64,000 bases of DNA from an uncultured Gammaproteobacteria bacterium (GTDB lineage Bacteria > Patescibacteriota > Microgenomatia > Daviesbacterales > UBA10151): positions 7,392 to 71,391 of the forward strand of contig CAYOSW010000004.1 in NCBI GenBank assembly GCA_964406775.1, given 5' to 3'. The position numbers were made by a program, and so were the translations under genes. A model generated the notes under the pieces. That model worked only from the letters and a program-made list of their open reading frames with translations. It was not told the origin of the DNA and ran no database searches. Positions within the stretch are counted from its first letter, which is position 1. Each line of letters starts with the position of its first letter. Shown piece by piece: positions 47,695 to 56,734 of the stretch.

Positions 47695-48729
47695 ATGCAA
47701 AAAGCTAACCTGCCCTGGCTTTTCATTCTCAATGTTTTCCTGCTTGTTGTCCTTTTCATCTCGCTTTCTAAACCCGCTTCAGTAAAATCGGCACTTGCTG
47801 AGCATATTGTTATTTCCGAGGTTCAGATTGGCGGAGAATCCGCGAATGACGAGTTTGTTGAGCTTTATAATCCGACCGGTTCGGATTTGGATTTAACCGG
47901 CTGGAGACTTGCCAGAAAAACTTCCGGTACGTCATCTGCAAACCTTGTGACAACTATGAGCGGATCCATCCCCGCTCACGGATATTTCTTAGTTACTCCT
48001 CCGACAGGCTATACCGGTGCGGTACCGGCAGATTTAGTTTACTCCCCTGCCGGAACCAGAATCTCCGCCGACAATACTGTTTATCTTTACGGAAGCGATA
48101 GTGCAACTCTGGTTGATAAGGTAGCTATCGGCGATGGTGCGACTGACGGGGAAGGAAACCCCGCGCCTCTGCCGGGAGCGGGACAAAGCATAGAGCGAAA
48201 AGCTAAAACTTCTTCGACTTCAGAATCGATGGAATCGGGCGACGCAAACCAGGGTAACGGCGAGGACACAGACAACAATTCTGACGACTTCATTTTAAAG
48301 AGCGTCTCCGGACCTCAGGATTCAACATCTTCCGCAGAAATCCTCAGTGCCTCGCCTAGTCCGTCATCATCAGAGAGTGCCTCTCCTTCGGTTGAGCCTT
48401 CCGAAGAACCATCCGCCTCCCCGTCCGCATCTCCGAGTGCGGAACCGTCCGAATCTCCGAGTCCTTCTGCCTCAGCCAGCGCAACCCCAACTCCTTCTGC
48501 CTCCCCTAGCACAGCACCAAGCTCCTCTCCTTCGGCTCAACCCTCATCAAGCCCCAGTATGAGTCCCAGCGCTTCGTCATCTGCATCTCCAAGTACAAGT
48601 CCTCAACCGTCTCCTACTCCGAATCCGGGAAGGCCAAAATTGGTCTGCAAATTTGAGCCGATAAAAGTCAAGTTCGGTAAATTCGAGTTTACACTTTATA
48701 ATTTCTCCTGCCGGTGGACTAATTCTTAA
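47695..48729 (+). CDS. Secreted lamin-tail-domain (LTD) protein with long Ser/Pro/Ala-rich repeat region
   Basis: Signal peptide. The LTD core is HIVISEVQIGGESANDEFVELYNPTGSDLDLTGWRLARK. About 100 aa of SPSASPS-type low complexity follows, then a short Cys-containing C-terminus. Confidence 0.6.
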   Translation: MQKANLPWLFILNVFLLVVLFISLSKPASVKSALAEHIVISEVQIGGESANDEFVELYNPTGSDLDLTGWRLARKTSGTSSANLVTTMSGSIPAHGYFLVTPPTGYTGAVPADLVYSPAGTRISADNTVYLYGSDSATLVDKVAIGDGATDGEGNPAPLPGAGQSIERKAKTSSTSESMESGDANQGNGEDTDNNSDDFILKSVSGPQDSTSSAEILSASPSPSSSESASPSVEPSEEPSASPSASPSAEPSESPSPSASASATPTPSASPSTAPSSSPSAQPSSSPSMSPSASSSASPSTSPQPSPTPNPGRPKLVCKFEPIKVKFGKFEFTLYNFSCRWTNS

Positions 48730-48749
48730 AGATCAAATATTATTCACGA

Positions 48750-49658
48750 ATGTTAAGGGAAGCGGGCTCTAATTGGGACTATAGATCCACCAGAATACAG
48801 GCGTACGGCATATTGGATAATCAGATTCAGAGCGAAGGAGGAATCTGGATTCCAAAAGGAGCACGAACCCACGCCTTAGGAAGGGTTGCTAGTCTTGAGC
48901 AACAGCTTAATCTGGCCAAGCGGGACCTACTGGTTGCAGAACTGGCAAGATATTACAGAGTAGCTTTTTGGGGAGGAACTAAACTAGGACCGGAAACAGA
49001 AGAGTATAAAGCCCAAACCGATTTAGCAAAGACAGTCACACTCGTTAGAGCTGTCGAAAATGCAGATAAGATACACGGCGGAGGAATAGATATCATAACC
49101 GGTGGCGGTCCGGGCTTGATGGAGGCTGCAAACAAAGGAGTACGGGAAGCAATTAACGATAGTTTGTCCAACGGAGACAGGATAATTACCGCAACAAGTC
49201 ACGGAGTTCTAATTACATCACTTCCGAATCAATCTGACAAAAATGAATTTGTTACTCACACTACTTTACATCACGAATTCGGAAGCCGTCTTGAAATGTT
49301 TCTGCTTAAAGCACACGGTGTTTTTGTGGGCGAAGGAGGTTTAGGCAGCGCACTGGAGCTCTTCTTTGCAATGCAGCTTAAACAGGTCGGACATATAGAA
49401 CCTGAGTACCCGATTATAGCCCACCCTCATTGGGAGCCGATTTTAAAAGCCGCCAAAGATCAAATGTATACCGGACGCGCAGAAAAACAACTCCCACTGC
49501 TAATTAGTGATACCGATTTAAATCTGGTTAAAATTGAAGGCGACCAAGCTGAGATCACCAGAATATTTGCAAACGGTTACGACAGGTGGTATGACAAATA
49601 CCATCGGCACTTTCATTTAACTGAACCCACTGACGGCATTAGCCCTATGGGCAATTAA
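48750..49658 (+). CDS. LOG-family / TIGR00730 Rossmann-fold protein (second paralog, with N-terminal extension)
   Basis: IITGGGPGLMEAANKGVREA matches the LOG GGGxGxME motif. The N-terminal ~100 aa are unassigned. Confidence 0.55.
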   Translation: MLREAGSNWDYRSTRIQAYGILDNQIQSEGGIWIPKGARTHALGRVASLEQQLNLAKRDLLVAELARYYRVAFWGGTKLGPETEEYKAQTDLAKTVTLVRAVENADKIHGGGIDIITGGGPGLMEAANKGVREAINDSLSNGDRIITATSHGVLITSLPNQSDKNEFVTHTTLHHEFGSRLEMFLLKAHGVFVGEGGLGSALELFFAMQLKQVGHIEPEYPIIAHPHWEPILKAAKDQMYTGRAEKQLPLLISDTDLNLVKIEGDQAEITRIFANGYDRWYDKYHRHFHLTEPTDGISPMGN

Positions 49659-49660
49659 AA

Positions 49661-49831
49661 CCCCTGAGTGAATTTATAAGCAACCCAAATCCCGGCCAAA
49701 CCTCCCGCTGCATTCCCGATAATTGAAGTAAAGGAAAGAAAGTCCGCTCCGAAGAGGACGGGCACATAACCTCCGATTAATGATCCGATAACCATTCCTA
49801 TAATAACCAACGTTTTACGGGACATATTAAT
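49661..49831 (-). CDS. Small membrane protein (56 aa, below ORF-track threshold)
   Basis: Translates as MSRKTLVIIGMVIGSLIGGYVPVLFGADFLSFTSIIGNAAGGLAGIWVAYKFTQGF. The ATG overlaps the stop of the upstream membrane-protein gene. Confidence 0.3.
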
Positions 49832-50429
49832 TTTTCTTTTTTCCTAAGCGGTTACCCAACCAAATCAAAACAACCCCCACAAAACCCAGGAAAGATAGGA
49901 GCATAGCTACATTTATAAAAACTTTTAAGTAACTCCCTGAAGTAACCGGATTTAAAAACGGGTAAGGATACCAATGAACAAACGGGCCGCGGATCAGAGT
50001 ATATGCGGAGAATATTACTGGGAAGACGAGCCACTGAAGAACAATCTTGTATTCAAGCTTCTTACCCGAGGGAAATAATACCCAACCTAAAAATGAGGCT
50101 ATGGGCATAACGCCGTGGAGCGTTAAATTCACCCAGGGGTCAAGAGCCAGGGAATGTGCATTAACCAGAATTGACCAGTAAATAATTCCGGTTATTGTCA
50201 TATACAAAACCGCTGCTCCATATATCCAATCCAAGGTTTTTGAAGTTTTCCTAACTCCGGAAAATCCGAAGTATAAAAAAATTGCAGAGATGGTAATGTT
50301 GCTGAGAACCGTAAAGTAACTGAAAAAAATCACAATAACGTTCAGGGATAGAAGAAAGGCCGCAGTTAAAGCAGCAGTGTCGAGTATTCCGAAAAAAAGA
50401 AAGTAGAGCCTGGGAAAACTTCTTGGCAT
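49827..50429 (-). CDS. Polytopic membrane protein, function unknown
   Basis: 200 aa with about 6 TM helices. Basic C-terminus. Confidence 0.5.
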   Translation of the reverse strand: MPRSFPRLYFLFFGILDTAALTAAFLLSLNVIVIFFSYFTVLSNITISAIFLYFGFSGVRKTSKTLDWIYGAAVLYMTITGIIYWSILVNAHSLALDPWVNLTLHGVMPIASFLGWVLFPSGKKLEYKIVLQWLVFPVIFSAYTLIRGPFVHWYPYPFLNPVTSGSYLKVFINVAMLLSFLGFVGVVLIWLGNRLGKKKN

Positions 50430-50505
50430 AAATTAACTATTCCACAAGCGTGGCGCTTAATCAATATAATTGACAAACCTTTTTTTCTAATCTACCCTTA
50501 ACACA

Positions 50506-50904
50506 ATGGGTGAAGAAAATACTGTAGGACTACTTCCGACAATGGGTTTTGCTCTGGTTTTGAGCATTATAGTCATCGTTTCTATTTGGAAGATTTTTGA
50601 AAAAGCCGGGAAACCGGGGTGGGCCGCCATTATCCCGATTTATAATATGTACGTTTTGCTAAAAATTGTCGGCCGGCCGGGGTGGTGGTTAATATTATTC
50701 TTCATCCCTATAGCCAATATTATTGTACCGTTCATAGTCGCCATTGATTTAGCTAAGGCGTTTAAAAGAAGTACACTATTTGGAATAGTACTTCTCGGGC
50801 TATTTTCATTTATAGGATATATGGTTCTCGGATTCGGCAAGTCTGTTTACACCAATGCGTCCTCAACCCCGGGTCAAACACCGCAACCAGCCCCTCAAAG
50901 TTAG
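50506..50904 (+). CDS. Small membrane protein (DUF5684-like)
   Basis: 3-4 TM helices. The WKIFEKAGKPGWAAIIPIYNMY segment is typical of this family. Confidence 0.45.
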   Translation: MGEENTVGLLPTMGFALVLSIIVIVSIWKIFEKAGKPGWAAIIPIYNMYVLLKIVGRPGWWLILFFIPIANIIVPFIVAIDLAKAFKRSTLFGIVLLGLFSFIGYMVLGFGKSVYTNASSTPGQTPQPAPQS

Positions 50905-50929
50905 GCCCTTCTCCTGTTATACTTAATTT

Positions 50930-51691
50930 ATGCCCGCTTATGGATCCGGAAAAAGGCGTAAAAAAATTTTTACAGCCTTAGTCATTTGCCTCATTTTACT
51001 GTCGGTATTTTATCTTAACAGGTCTTATGCCAGAATTTTTGAATATACGAATCAATTTCCCGTTTCGAAAATTCAAGCTTCATATACTTTAACGGAAGGT
51101 CAGGGCTCAGAGGTACTTAAATACACAGCTCTGGGGGACAGTCTGACTTACGGATTCGGCGCCCCGGACTATCAAAACACGTATCCTTTCGTTTTCGCTA
51201 AAAAATTTCTAAACAAATACAAGTCGGTTGAGGTAAGCAATCTTGCCCGGCCCGGAGCCGTTTCTCAAGATGTAGTCACCTTTCAGTTACCTGAGGCTTT
51301 AGAGATAAATCCCGGATTTGTCACTTTGATGATTGGCACAAACGACGTACACGACTATGTCGGTGAAAAAGATTTTCAGCTTACTGTAGAAAAAATTGTG
51401 GATAGTCTTCAGGCAAATACGCAAGCCGGAATTCTACTGATAAATATTCCCTATCTTGGGACAGATTCTTTAATATTGCCGCCGTTTAATTATTTTATGG
51501 ACTACAGAATAAAAAGATACAATAAAATATTGCTTGAAATAGCAAAATCCAAAAAGATAAAATACTTTGATCTGTACACTTCATCTTTCAAAAACTTTAA
51601 AGATAATCAGGATATTTATTATTCTTACGACGGCTTTCATCCGTCCTCAGCCGGGTATATTTTTTGGGGAGATTTAATTAATGCTGATTAG
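50930..51691 (+). CDS. SGNH/GDSL hydrolase
   Basis: Block I ALGDSLTYG, block III MIGTNDV, block V DGFHPS. N-terminal TM anchor. Confidence 0.75.
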   Translation: MPAYGSGKRRKKIFTALVICLILLSVFYLNRSYARIFEYTNQFPVSKIQASYTLTEGQGSEVLKYTALGDSLTYGFGAPDYQNTYPFVFAKKFLNKYKSVEVSNLARPGAVSQDVVTFQLPEALEINPGFVTLMIGTNDVHDYVGEKDFQLTVEKIVDSLQANTQAGILLINIPYLGTDSLILPPFNYFMDYRIKRYNKILLEIAKSKKIKYFDLYTSSFKNFKDNQDIYYSYDGFHPSSAGYIFWGDLINAD

Positions 51692-52772
51692 TATCCCAGA
51701 TCCCTACTTTCAAACCTCCGTCTTTTCAATAATTCTACTTCTGGCAGTTCTAATTACAGCCCAAAAAGATAAAAAACCGCACGAAATGAATATTGAGCAT
51801 ACTAATCAACTCAAAGGTGTTGCCATATTAATGGTTATTTTTTCCCACATCGGTTATTTCCTCGATTCGGGAAGATCCTTTCTTTATCCTCTTTCGGTCG
51901 CCGGAGGAGTCGGGGTAAATATCTTTCTTTTTCTTTCCGGATTCGGACTTACGATATCGGCTTTAAAATCTCATCACTCTGTTCTAGGTTTTTACTGGAA
52001 AAGATTATCCAGGATTTTCCTGCCAATGTGGCTCATTCTGGTTACATTCTTAACAATGGATTGTTTTTTTCTGAAGATCAAATATTCCCAAGAAACTTTA
52101 ACACATTTATTTTTTGGATTTGTCCCTTATGCCGATATATATTTGAGTTTTAATTCTCCGCTTTGGTATTTCACACTGATACTTTTTTATTATATGATAT
52201 TCCCTCTCGTATTCTGGAAAAAAGCACCGATTCTTTCTGCCGCTCTAATTTTAATTATCAGCGTTTTTGTTTTAAGACAAAATTTACCGGTCGTACCGGA
52301 TGTTTTAAAACTTTATAAACTTCACTTCATCGCGTTTCCTATCGGTATAACTTTTGCCATTCTCCAGAATTCAAAATACCGTTTAACAAGTTTAATTAAG
52401 GGCGTTAATCCCTTTTTACGGTATGTCCTGGTGTTCTTTTTAGTCTTATCCATAAGTTATACAGCAATACATTCGGGCGTAGGAGAAAAAACAACAATTG
52501 AACAATCAATCAGTTTAATAACTATGGCCTCGTTTATTTTTATAGTTTTGCTTTTTCCTTATCACTCAAAAGTTCTGGGAATTTTTGGGGTCTATTCCTA
52601 CGAGATTTATCTTATACAATGGCCGGTTTTATACCGCTATGATTTTCTGTATAAATATTTTCCTGCCGGAATCGCTACGGTGCTTTATCTTATTTTCTTT
52701 ATCGGTGTAAGTTTCCTGATCAAAAAAGCCGTTGATTCAATTTTCAGTATCCACTCCAGGAGAGAAAAGTAA
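51681..52772 (+). CDS. Acyltransferase family 3 (OatA/OafA-like membrane O-acyltransferase)
   Basis: N-terminus QLKGVAILMVIFSHIGYF is the AT3 motif. About 10 TM helices. 11-nt overlap with the SGNH gene. Confidence 0.8.
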   Translation: MLISIPDPYFQTSVFSIILLLAVLITAQKDKKPHEMNIEHTNQLKGVAILMVIFSHIGYFLDSGRSFLYPLSVAGGVGVNIFLFLSGFGLTISALKSHHSVLGFYWKRLSRIFLPMWLILVTFLTMDCFFLKIKYSQETLTHLFFGFVPYADIYLSFNSPLWYFTLILFYYMIFPLVFWKKAPILSAALILIISVFVLRQNLPVVPDVLKLYKLHFIAFPIGITFAILQNSKYRLTSLIKGVNPFLRYVLVFFLVLSISYTAIHSGVGEKTTIEQSISLITMASFIFIVLLFPYHSKVLGIFGVYSYEIYLIQWPVLYRYDFLYKYFPAGIATVLYLIFFIGVSFLIKKAVDSIFSIHSRREK

Positions 52773-52848
52773 TGTAAGGTTTGCTGGCGTACAAAAACGC
52801 TATTCGAACATACTATCAGACAACACAAGGTCAATTTAATATTCGGAA

Positions 52849-53388
52849 CTATCTATAAAAGAGACTAGTTGTATAAATAGTATTTGCATCGTCTTGTTTA
52901 TTGCTAACGAGGTAAAAATCAGTAAAAACTAATTCTTTGCAATCAGAAAGTTCATCGATAACCTTTTGTTGATGCTCTTTTGGAACAAACCAAACAACTT
53001 TTGTATACGGCGTTGCTACGGTATTGTCTCCAGCTCTTTCTCTAACAAATGCAACTAGATCTTCCGTCTGTTCTAATCCAAACTCAATCGCAATATGTTC
53101 TGCACCAGCCATTGTGACTTCATCTTTTATAAAAACCTTTTTAGTACGCAATTTAACAGGAAGAAAACGTTTCAAATCGTGCAAAAGATCAAGTTGATCC
53201 CGAACATCTCGGATTGAAGCATCGTGTATGAATGTTAAAGTTAAATGTCTAAAAACGTCGTATCCAGATATGGGATTAGGCTTTTTGCTGTATTTTTTCT
53301 CCAAATTGTCGAAGAATGCTTCCTGATCTTTGGAGAGGCGACCAAATATCCCAAGTGCTTTTATTGTATTTGAAGATAATTCAAGCAT
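52849..53388 (-). CDS. Hypothetical protein (179 aa); weak 2H-phosphoesterase-like HxTx motif
   Basis: A single HLTLTF (H-x-T-x) motif. The second motif is not conserved. Part of the three-gene islet next to tRNA-Gln. Confidence 0.35.
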   Translation of the reverse strand: MLELSSNTIKALGIFGRLSKDQEAFFDNLEKKYSKKPNPISGYDVFRHLTLTFIHDASIRDVRDQLDLLHDLKRFLPVKLRTKKVFIKDEVTMAGAEHIAIEFGLEQTEDLVAFVRERAGDNTVATPYTKVVWFVPKEHQQKVIDELSDCKELVFTDFYLVSNKQDDANTIYTTSLFYR

Positions 53389-53423
53389 ACTCCTATTCTA
53401 GCATTTTAATTACTTGCTAGTAT

Positions 53424-53990
53424 CTAATGTTCATCGTTTTTTAATTTTTCTTTAATTATTCGATCTTTTCTCTTTATCTCCATTACTTCCTTGTAGATTT
53501 TATCAATGAGAGCTTGTGGAACTTGTTGAGGAAGACCTGTCTTTAGTTTTTCAGCAAATGCAATAGCTTTTTTTGCTCTATCTTGTAGTTGTTCAGGTAA
53601 TTGCTCAAGAGTTAAATGGTGAGCTTCTTTAGTATATCCATATTTGCTATATTTTGCAAAAAATTCATTGATATCTTTGACGTTCTTGCTACTACCAGTG
53701 GGATTTCTTGTATACAAAACAAACTCTTTGTCAGCTCTGCCAACATTGATAATGAAATCTTGTTTGAAAATAGGAGTTTTGATCTCGTGATGATATGTGT
53801 AAACTCCAATAACTTCATCTCCATTTGTAGGATATGAAGTAACTATCATTGCAGGAGAGACAAATTTTTCTGGGTAAATATTTTTTAGTGCTTTAAAAAA
53901 ATCTAGATGCGTTTTACACCAAGTGACTAATTCCTCTGAAAATGGCTGTAGTTCAAGTATCACTTCTTCCAGTGTAATTTTCTTGTTCAT
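53424..53990 (-). CDS. Hypothetical protein (188 aa)
   Basis: Intact ORF with no recognizable motif. Charged helical C-terminus. Confidence 0.35.
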   Translation of the reverse strand: MNKKITLEEVILELQPFSEELVTWCKTHLDFFKALKNIYPEKFVSPAMIVTSYPTNGDEVIGVYTYHHEIKTPIFKQDFIINVGRADKEFVLYTRNPTGSSKNVKDINEFFAKYSKYGYTKEAHHLTLEQLPEQLQDRAKKAIAFAEKLKTGLPQQVPQALIDKIYKEVMEIKRKDRIIKEKLKNDEH

Positions 53991-54014
53991 AAATACTTAT
54001 TTATTCATTTCAAA

Positions 54015-54572
54015 TTAACGATGGCGAGGTGCTGGATGGGTATAAATGTTTTTATGTAATGGAATAATTTCTAATGAAATACTTTTTATTGCTGTTATTA
54101 CCTGAGAAATTAGAATTAGAGCAGATGCGGTAAGTACTACCCACCAAACAATCGTCCAAATATTGGATCTCCACCAAGTATTTTTCAAAAACTTCGTCTC
54201 AGTTAATACGCGACCAGCTAAAATGCCTTCTCTATTAATCTTTACACTTGGTTGCTTAGGATCAGGTGCGTCTCCTACTTCTCCAAACCCATAAACTGGA
54301 AGACTTTCTAAAATATGGCGTGCACTACCTTGTATTCGTTCCTTTTCTTTTTCAGTAATAAATTTTTCTTCGACACAGTATTCTAAAGCATTCTTTACAT
54401 GGTTTATTCCTATGAAAGATCCGAGATGTTGGTGGTGGATACTTGCTCCCCAAACCAAAACTGCCTTGACACCACTCCAAAGCGTTTTTTCTCCTTTTTC
54501 ACTCTCAAACTCCATTAATTGTTGAAGAATGTCGAATTTTTTAAATGATGTAGGTGTAAATGGTAAATTCAC
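54015..54572 (-). CDS. Hypothetical protein with C-terminal TM helix (185 aa)
   Basis: GTG start. Soluble N-terminal domain plus a single C-terminal TM (IWTIVWWVVLTASALILISQVI). The start abuts the tRNA-repeat region. Confidence 0.35.
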   Translation of the reverse strand: MNLPFTPTSFKKFDILQQLMEFESEKGEKTLWSGVKAVLVWGASIHHQHLGSFIGINHVKNALEYCVEEKFITEKEKERIQGSARHILESLPVYGFGEVGDAPDPKQPSVKINREGILAGRVLTETKFLKNTWWRSNIWTIVWWVVLTASALILISQVITAIKSISLEIIPLHKNIYTHPAPRHR

Positions 54573-54772
54573 AAATGTTATTAGCTCATCCTTTCAAAAA
54601 TTGGTTCGAACCTAATGATAAAAGATAGGTTATTGTCGTTATACCCGCATAAACCATTCACTATTATTAGTGGAATGCAGGAAAAAATAGAGATTTTACT
54701 GGACGCATTCGAACCCGAAGAATTGCTTGATTTATCAACCTATTCGGATACTTCTAACCCTGTTATTCCGAG

Positions 54773-54791
54773 TTTGCTGCGGATCAGGGAT
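54773..54791 (-). repeat. 19-bp direct repeat identical to the 3' end of tRNA-Gln plus flank (tttgctgcggatcagggat)
   Basis: Exact second copy of 54893-54911. The sequence after it diverges and does not fold as a tRNA. Confidence 0.55.
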
Positions 54792-54897
54792 GAACACGAT
54801 TCGCCTGCGGCGAATTCCGAACCAAATCAAAGATTTAATCCGAATCCTTCCGTCCCAAAAGAAAATTTCCGCTTCAAGCGAAGCAAAATTTTCTTTG

Positions 54898-54969
54898 CTG
54901 CGGATCAGGGATTCGAACCCCAATAGACAGATCCAGAATCTGTCGTCCTACCATTAGACGAATCCGCAA
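54898..54969 (-). tRNA. tRNA-Gln (anticodon CUG)
   Basis: The reverse complement folds as a cloverleaf: acceptor UGCGGAU/AUCCGCA (U1-A72), D-loop AAUGGUA, anticodon stem ACAGA/UCUGU with loop UUCUGGA (U33, CUG), T-loop UUCGAAU, discriminator G73. CCA is not encoded. Confidence 0.8.
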
Positions 54970-54990
54970 TATATATTACTTACTAATCAG

Positions 54991-55032
54991 TTCCGTCTAA
55001 TGGGGCGTGTTGCATTAGACGATCCCGCAATA
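54991..55032 (-). repeat. Degenerate copy of the tRNA-Gln 5' end / D-arm (hairpin CGTCTAATG...CATTAGACG plus ATTGCGGG flank)
   Basis: CATTAGACGATCCCGCAATA differs at 2 of 20 positions from the genuine tRNA 5' region 54950-54970. Confidence 0.45.
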
Positions 55033-55082
55033 AGTTTACAAATTTTACCAGAAATCAGCTTTCCAAACAATTTAATCTGTCT

Positions 55083-55469
55083 ATGTTAAAAAAAGGCCGG
55101 CTTGTTTATAATCGCCTTAAACTTATGGTCGAAAGTGCACAACACCCGGCGCCCGAAAGAGATAATCCATTTATCTTACCCGGAGAGCTGCCTTCCTGGC
55201 CAAGAATCTCCCTACAACCGCTTCGGGCCTTTGCTGAATCTTTGGCTCAAAGACAATCAGCATTCAGAAAGAGAATCCCCGCATATTCAGGAAGAATAAT
55301 TCTAGTCAGCGGATTATTAATCGGCGGAGGAACGGCTGTCTGGAGTTATAGCGACGAATTGGGGACCTTAGGAAAAGATATAAGTGCCGGAATTGTAGAT
55401 TTTTTCGGACCCCAACCTATCTATTTTGTAAACTCGGATTTCGGGCAAAAAGTTGAACCTATGCCTTAA
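55083..55469 (+). CDS. Hypothetical protein (128 aa)
   Basis: ORF with one hydrophobic segment (IILVSGLLIGGGTAVW). No motif. Confidence 0.3.
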   Translation: MLKKGRLVYNRLKLMVESAQHPAPERDNPFILPGELPSWPRISLQPLRAFAESLAQRQSAFRKRIPAYSGRIILVSGLLIGGGTAVWSYSDELGTLGKDISAGIVDFFGPQPIYFVNSDFGQKVEPMP

Positions 55470-55502
55470 TGGTCCGGGATTTTTCTGATACAATCAGAAT
55501 TT

Positions 55503-56732
55503 GTGGTTAGCAATCTGAAAACATTTTCTTCGTTAAAATTCCCTGATTTTAGAAATTACTATTTCGGTACTTTGTTTTCAGAAGTAGGAACCCAAATGCA
55601 GGTCGTTGCCGTAAATTGGCAGATTTACGAGATTACCCGTTCAGCTGCCTCACTTGGATTCGTCGGATTATCCGCCTTTCTGGCAGTAATAATTTTTTCT
55701 CTTCCTTCCGGACTGATTGTTGATAAATTAAATAGAAAAAAAGTTTTGCTTTTTTCCCAGATATTCCCCTGTTTTGTAGCTCTGACTCTGACAATGATGA
55801 GCTATTTCCACACTATTAATCCGCTTGCTATATATATTCTGGTTTTCTTAAGTTTTGCCGCGCTGGCTTTTCAGGGACCGGCCCGCCAGTCGATAATCCC
55901 TCAGCTTGTTCCCAAGGAATATTTTGTCAATGCATTTTCCCTTCAGACTATTGGCCGTCAGGTTTCACTTATGCTTGGTCCCGCAATTGCCGGATTTGTA
56001 ATTGAGTTTTTAGGCGTTGAGGCAGTTTATGCTTTTAATTCAATTACTTTCATCATCTATGTTCTTTTACTTATCCCGATACATATTAAGCCGCATACAA
56101 TCGTAAACGAGGTTTCATATTCTTTCAAATCGCTCTGGGAAGGCATACATTTTGTACTGACTAATCAGATATTAATCTACACTATGGCTTTGGATTTTAT
56201 TGCCAATTTCTTCTCCTCCGCCACAACTCTTCTTCCCATTTTTGCAAAAGATATTTTTATGATCGGCCCCAAAGGACTGGGGCTTTTGTACAGCGCTCCC
56301 GCGATCGGATCAACGATTGCGGGTTTAGTTATTGCCTCCGTCCATAAAATTAAAAACCAGGGCCTCTGGATTTTAGCCGGCGTCACTTTATACGGCGCGG
56401 CAACAGCCGCTTTCGGATTATCGGGTTCTTTTCTTGCGGCCATTATCTTCCTTTGCTTTGTCGGTGTAGGAGATATGATATCGGCAATCTTCCGGACCAC
56501 AATGCGCCAGATTCTTACGCCTGATCATTTGAAAGGCAGAATGATTGGCGTCAATATGATCTTTGTTCAGGGCGGACCTATGGCGGGAGAGGCGGAAGCC
56601 GGATTTGTCGCTCAATTCTTCGGGGCTCCGTTCTCAGTCGTCTCGGGCGGAATAATAACTGTTGCCTTAACGCTTCTTATAGCCTGGAAGGTTCCGAAGT
56701 TGAGAAAATACCAATCTCCTGTAATAATATAG
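55503..56732 (+). CDS. MFS transporter
   Basis: GTG start. 12 TM helices. The D-K-x-N-R-K-K loop between TM2 and TM3 (IVDKLNRKK) is typical of MFS. Confidence 0.8.
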   Translation: MVSNLKTFSSLKFPDFRNYYFGTLFSEVGTQMQVVAVNWQIYEITRSAASLGFVGLSAFLAVIIFSLPSGLIVDKLNRKKVLLFSQIFPCFVALTLTMMSYFHTINPLAIYILVFLSFAALAFQGPARQSIIPQLVPKEYFVNAFSLQTIGRQVSLMLGPAIAGFVIEFLGVEAVYAFNSITFIIYVLLLIPIHIKPHTIVNEVSYSFKSLWEGIHFVLTNQILIYTMALDFIANFFSSATTLLPIFAKDIFMIGPKGLGLLYSAPAIGSTIAGLVIASVHKIKNQGLWILAGVTLYGAATAAFGLSGSFLAAIIFLCFVGVGDMISAIFRTTMRQILTPDHLKGRMIGVNMIFVQGGPMAGEAEAGFVAQFFGAPFSVVSGGIITVALTLLIAWKVPKLRKYQSPVII

Positions 56733-56734
56733 CT

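Noticed and set aside
52849-53388. Call as 2H phosphoesterase / LigT-like cyclic phosphodiesterase
   Set aside because: Only one H-x-T-x motif (HLTLTF) is present, and the second required motif is absent. It is kept as hypothetical with a note.
54590-54900. Additional functional tRNA genes suggested by repeated TTCGAACC (T-loop-like) motifs and a second tgctgcggatcagggat 3' end
   Set aside because: Reverse complements of these segments do not form acceptor/D/anticodon stems. Only 54898-54969 folds as a complete cloverleaf. They are treated as tRNA-derived remnants and repeats.
54615-54957. Three overlapping ORFs (103, 76, 62 aa) in the tRNA region
   Set aside because: They overlap the tRNA and its repeats in multiple frames and strands, and lack RBS and domain signatures. 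They are spurious.
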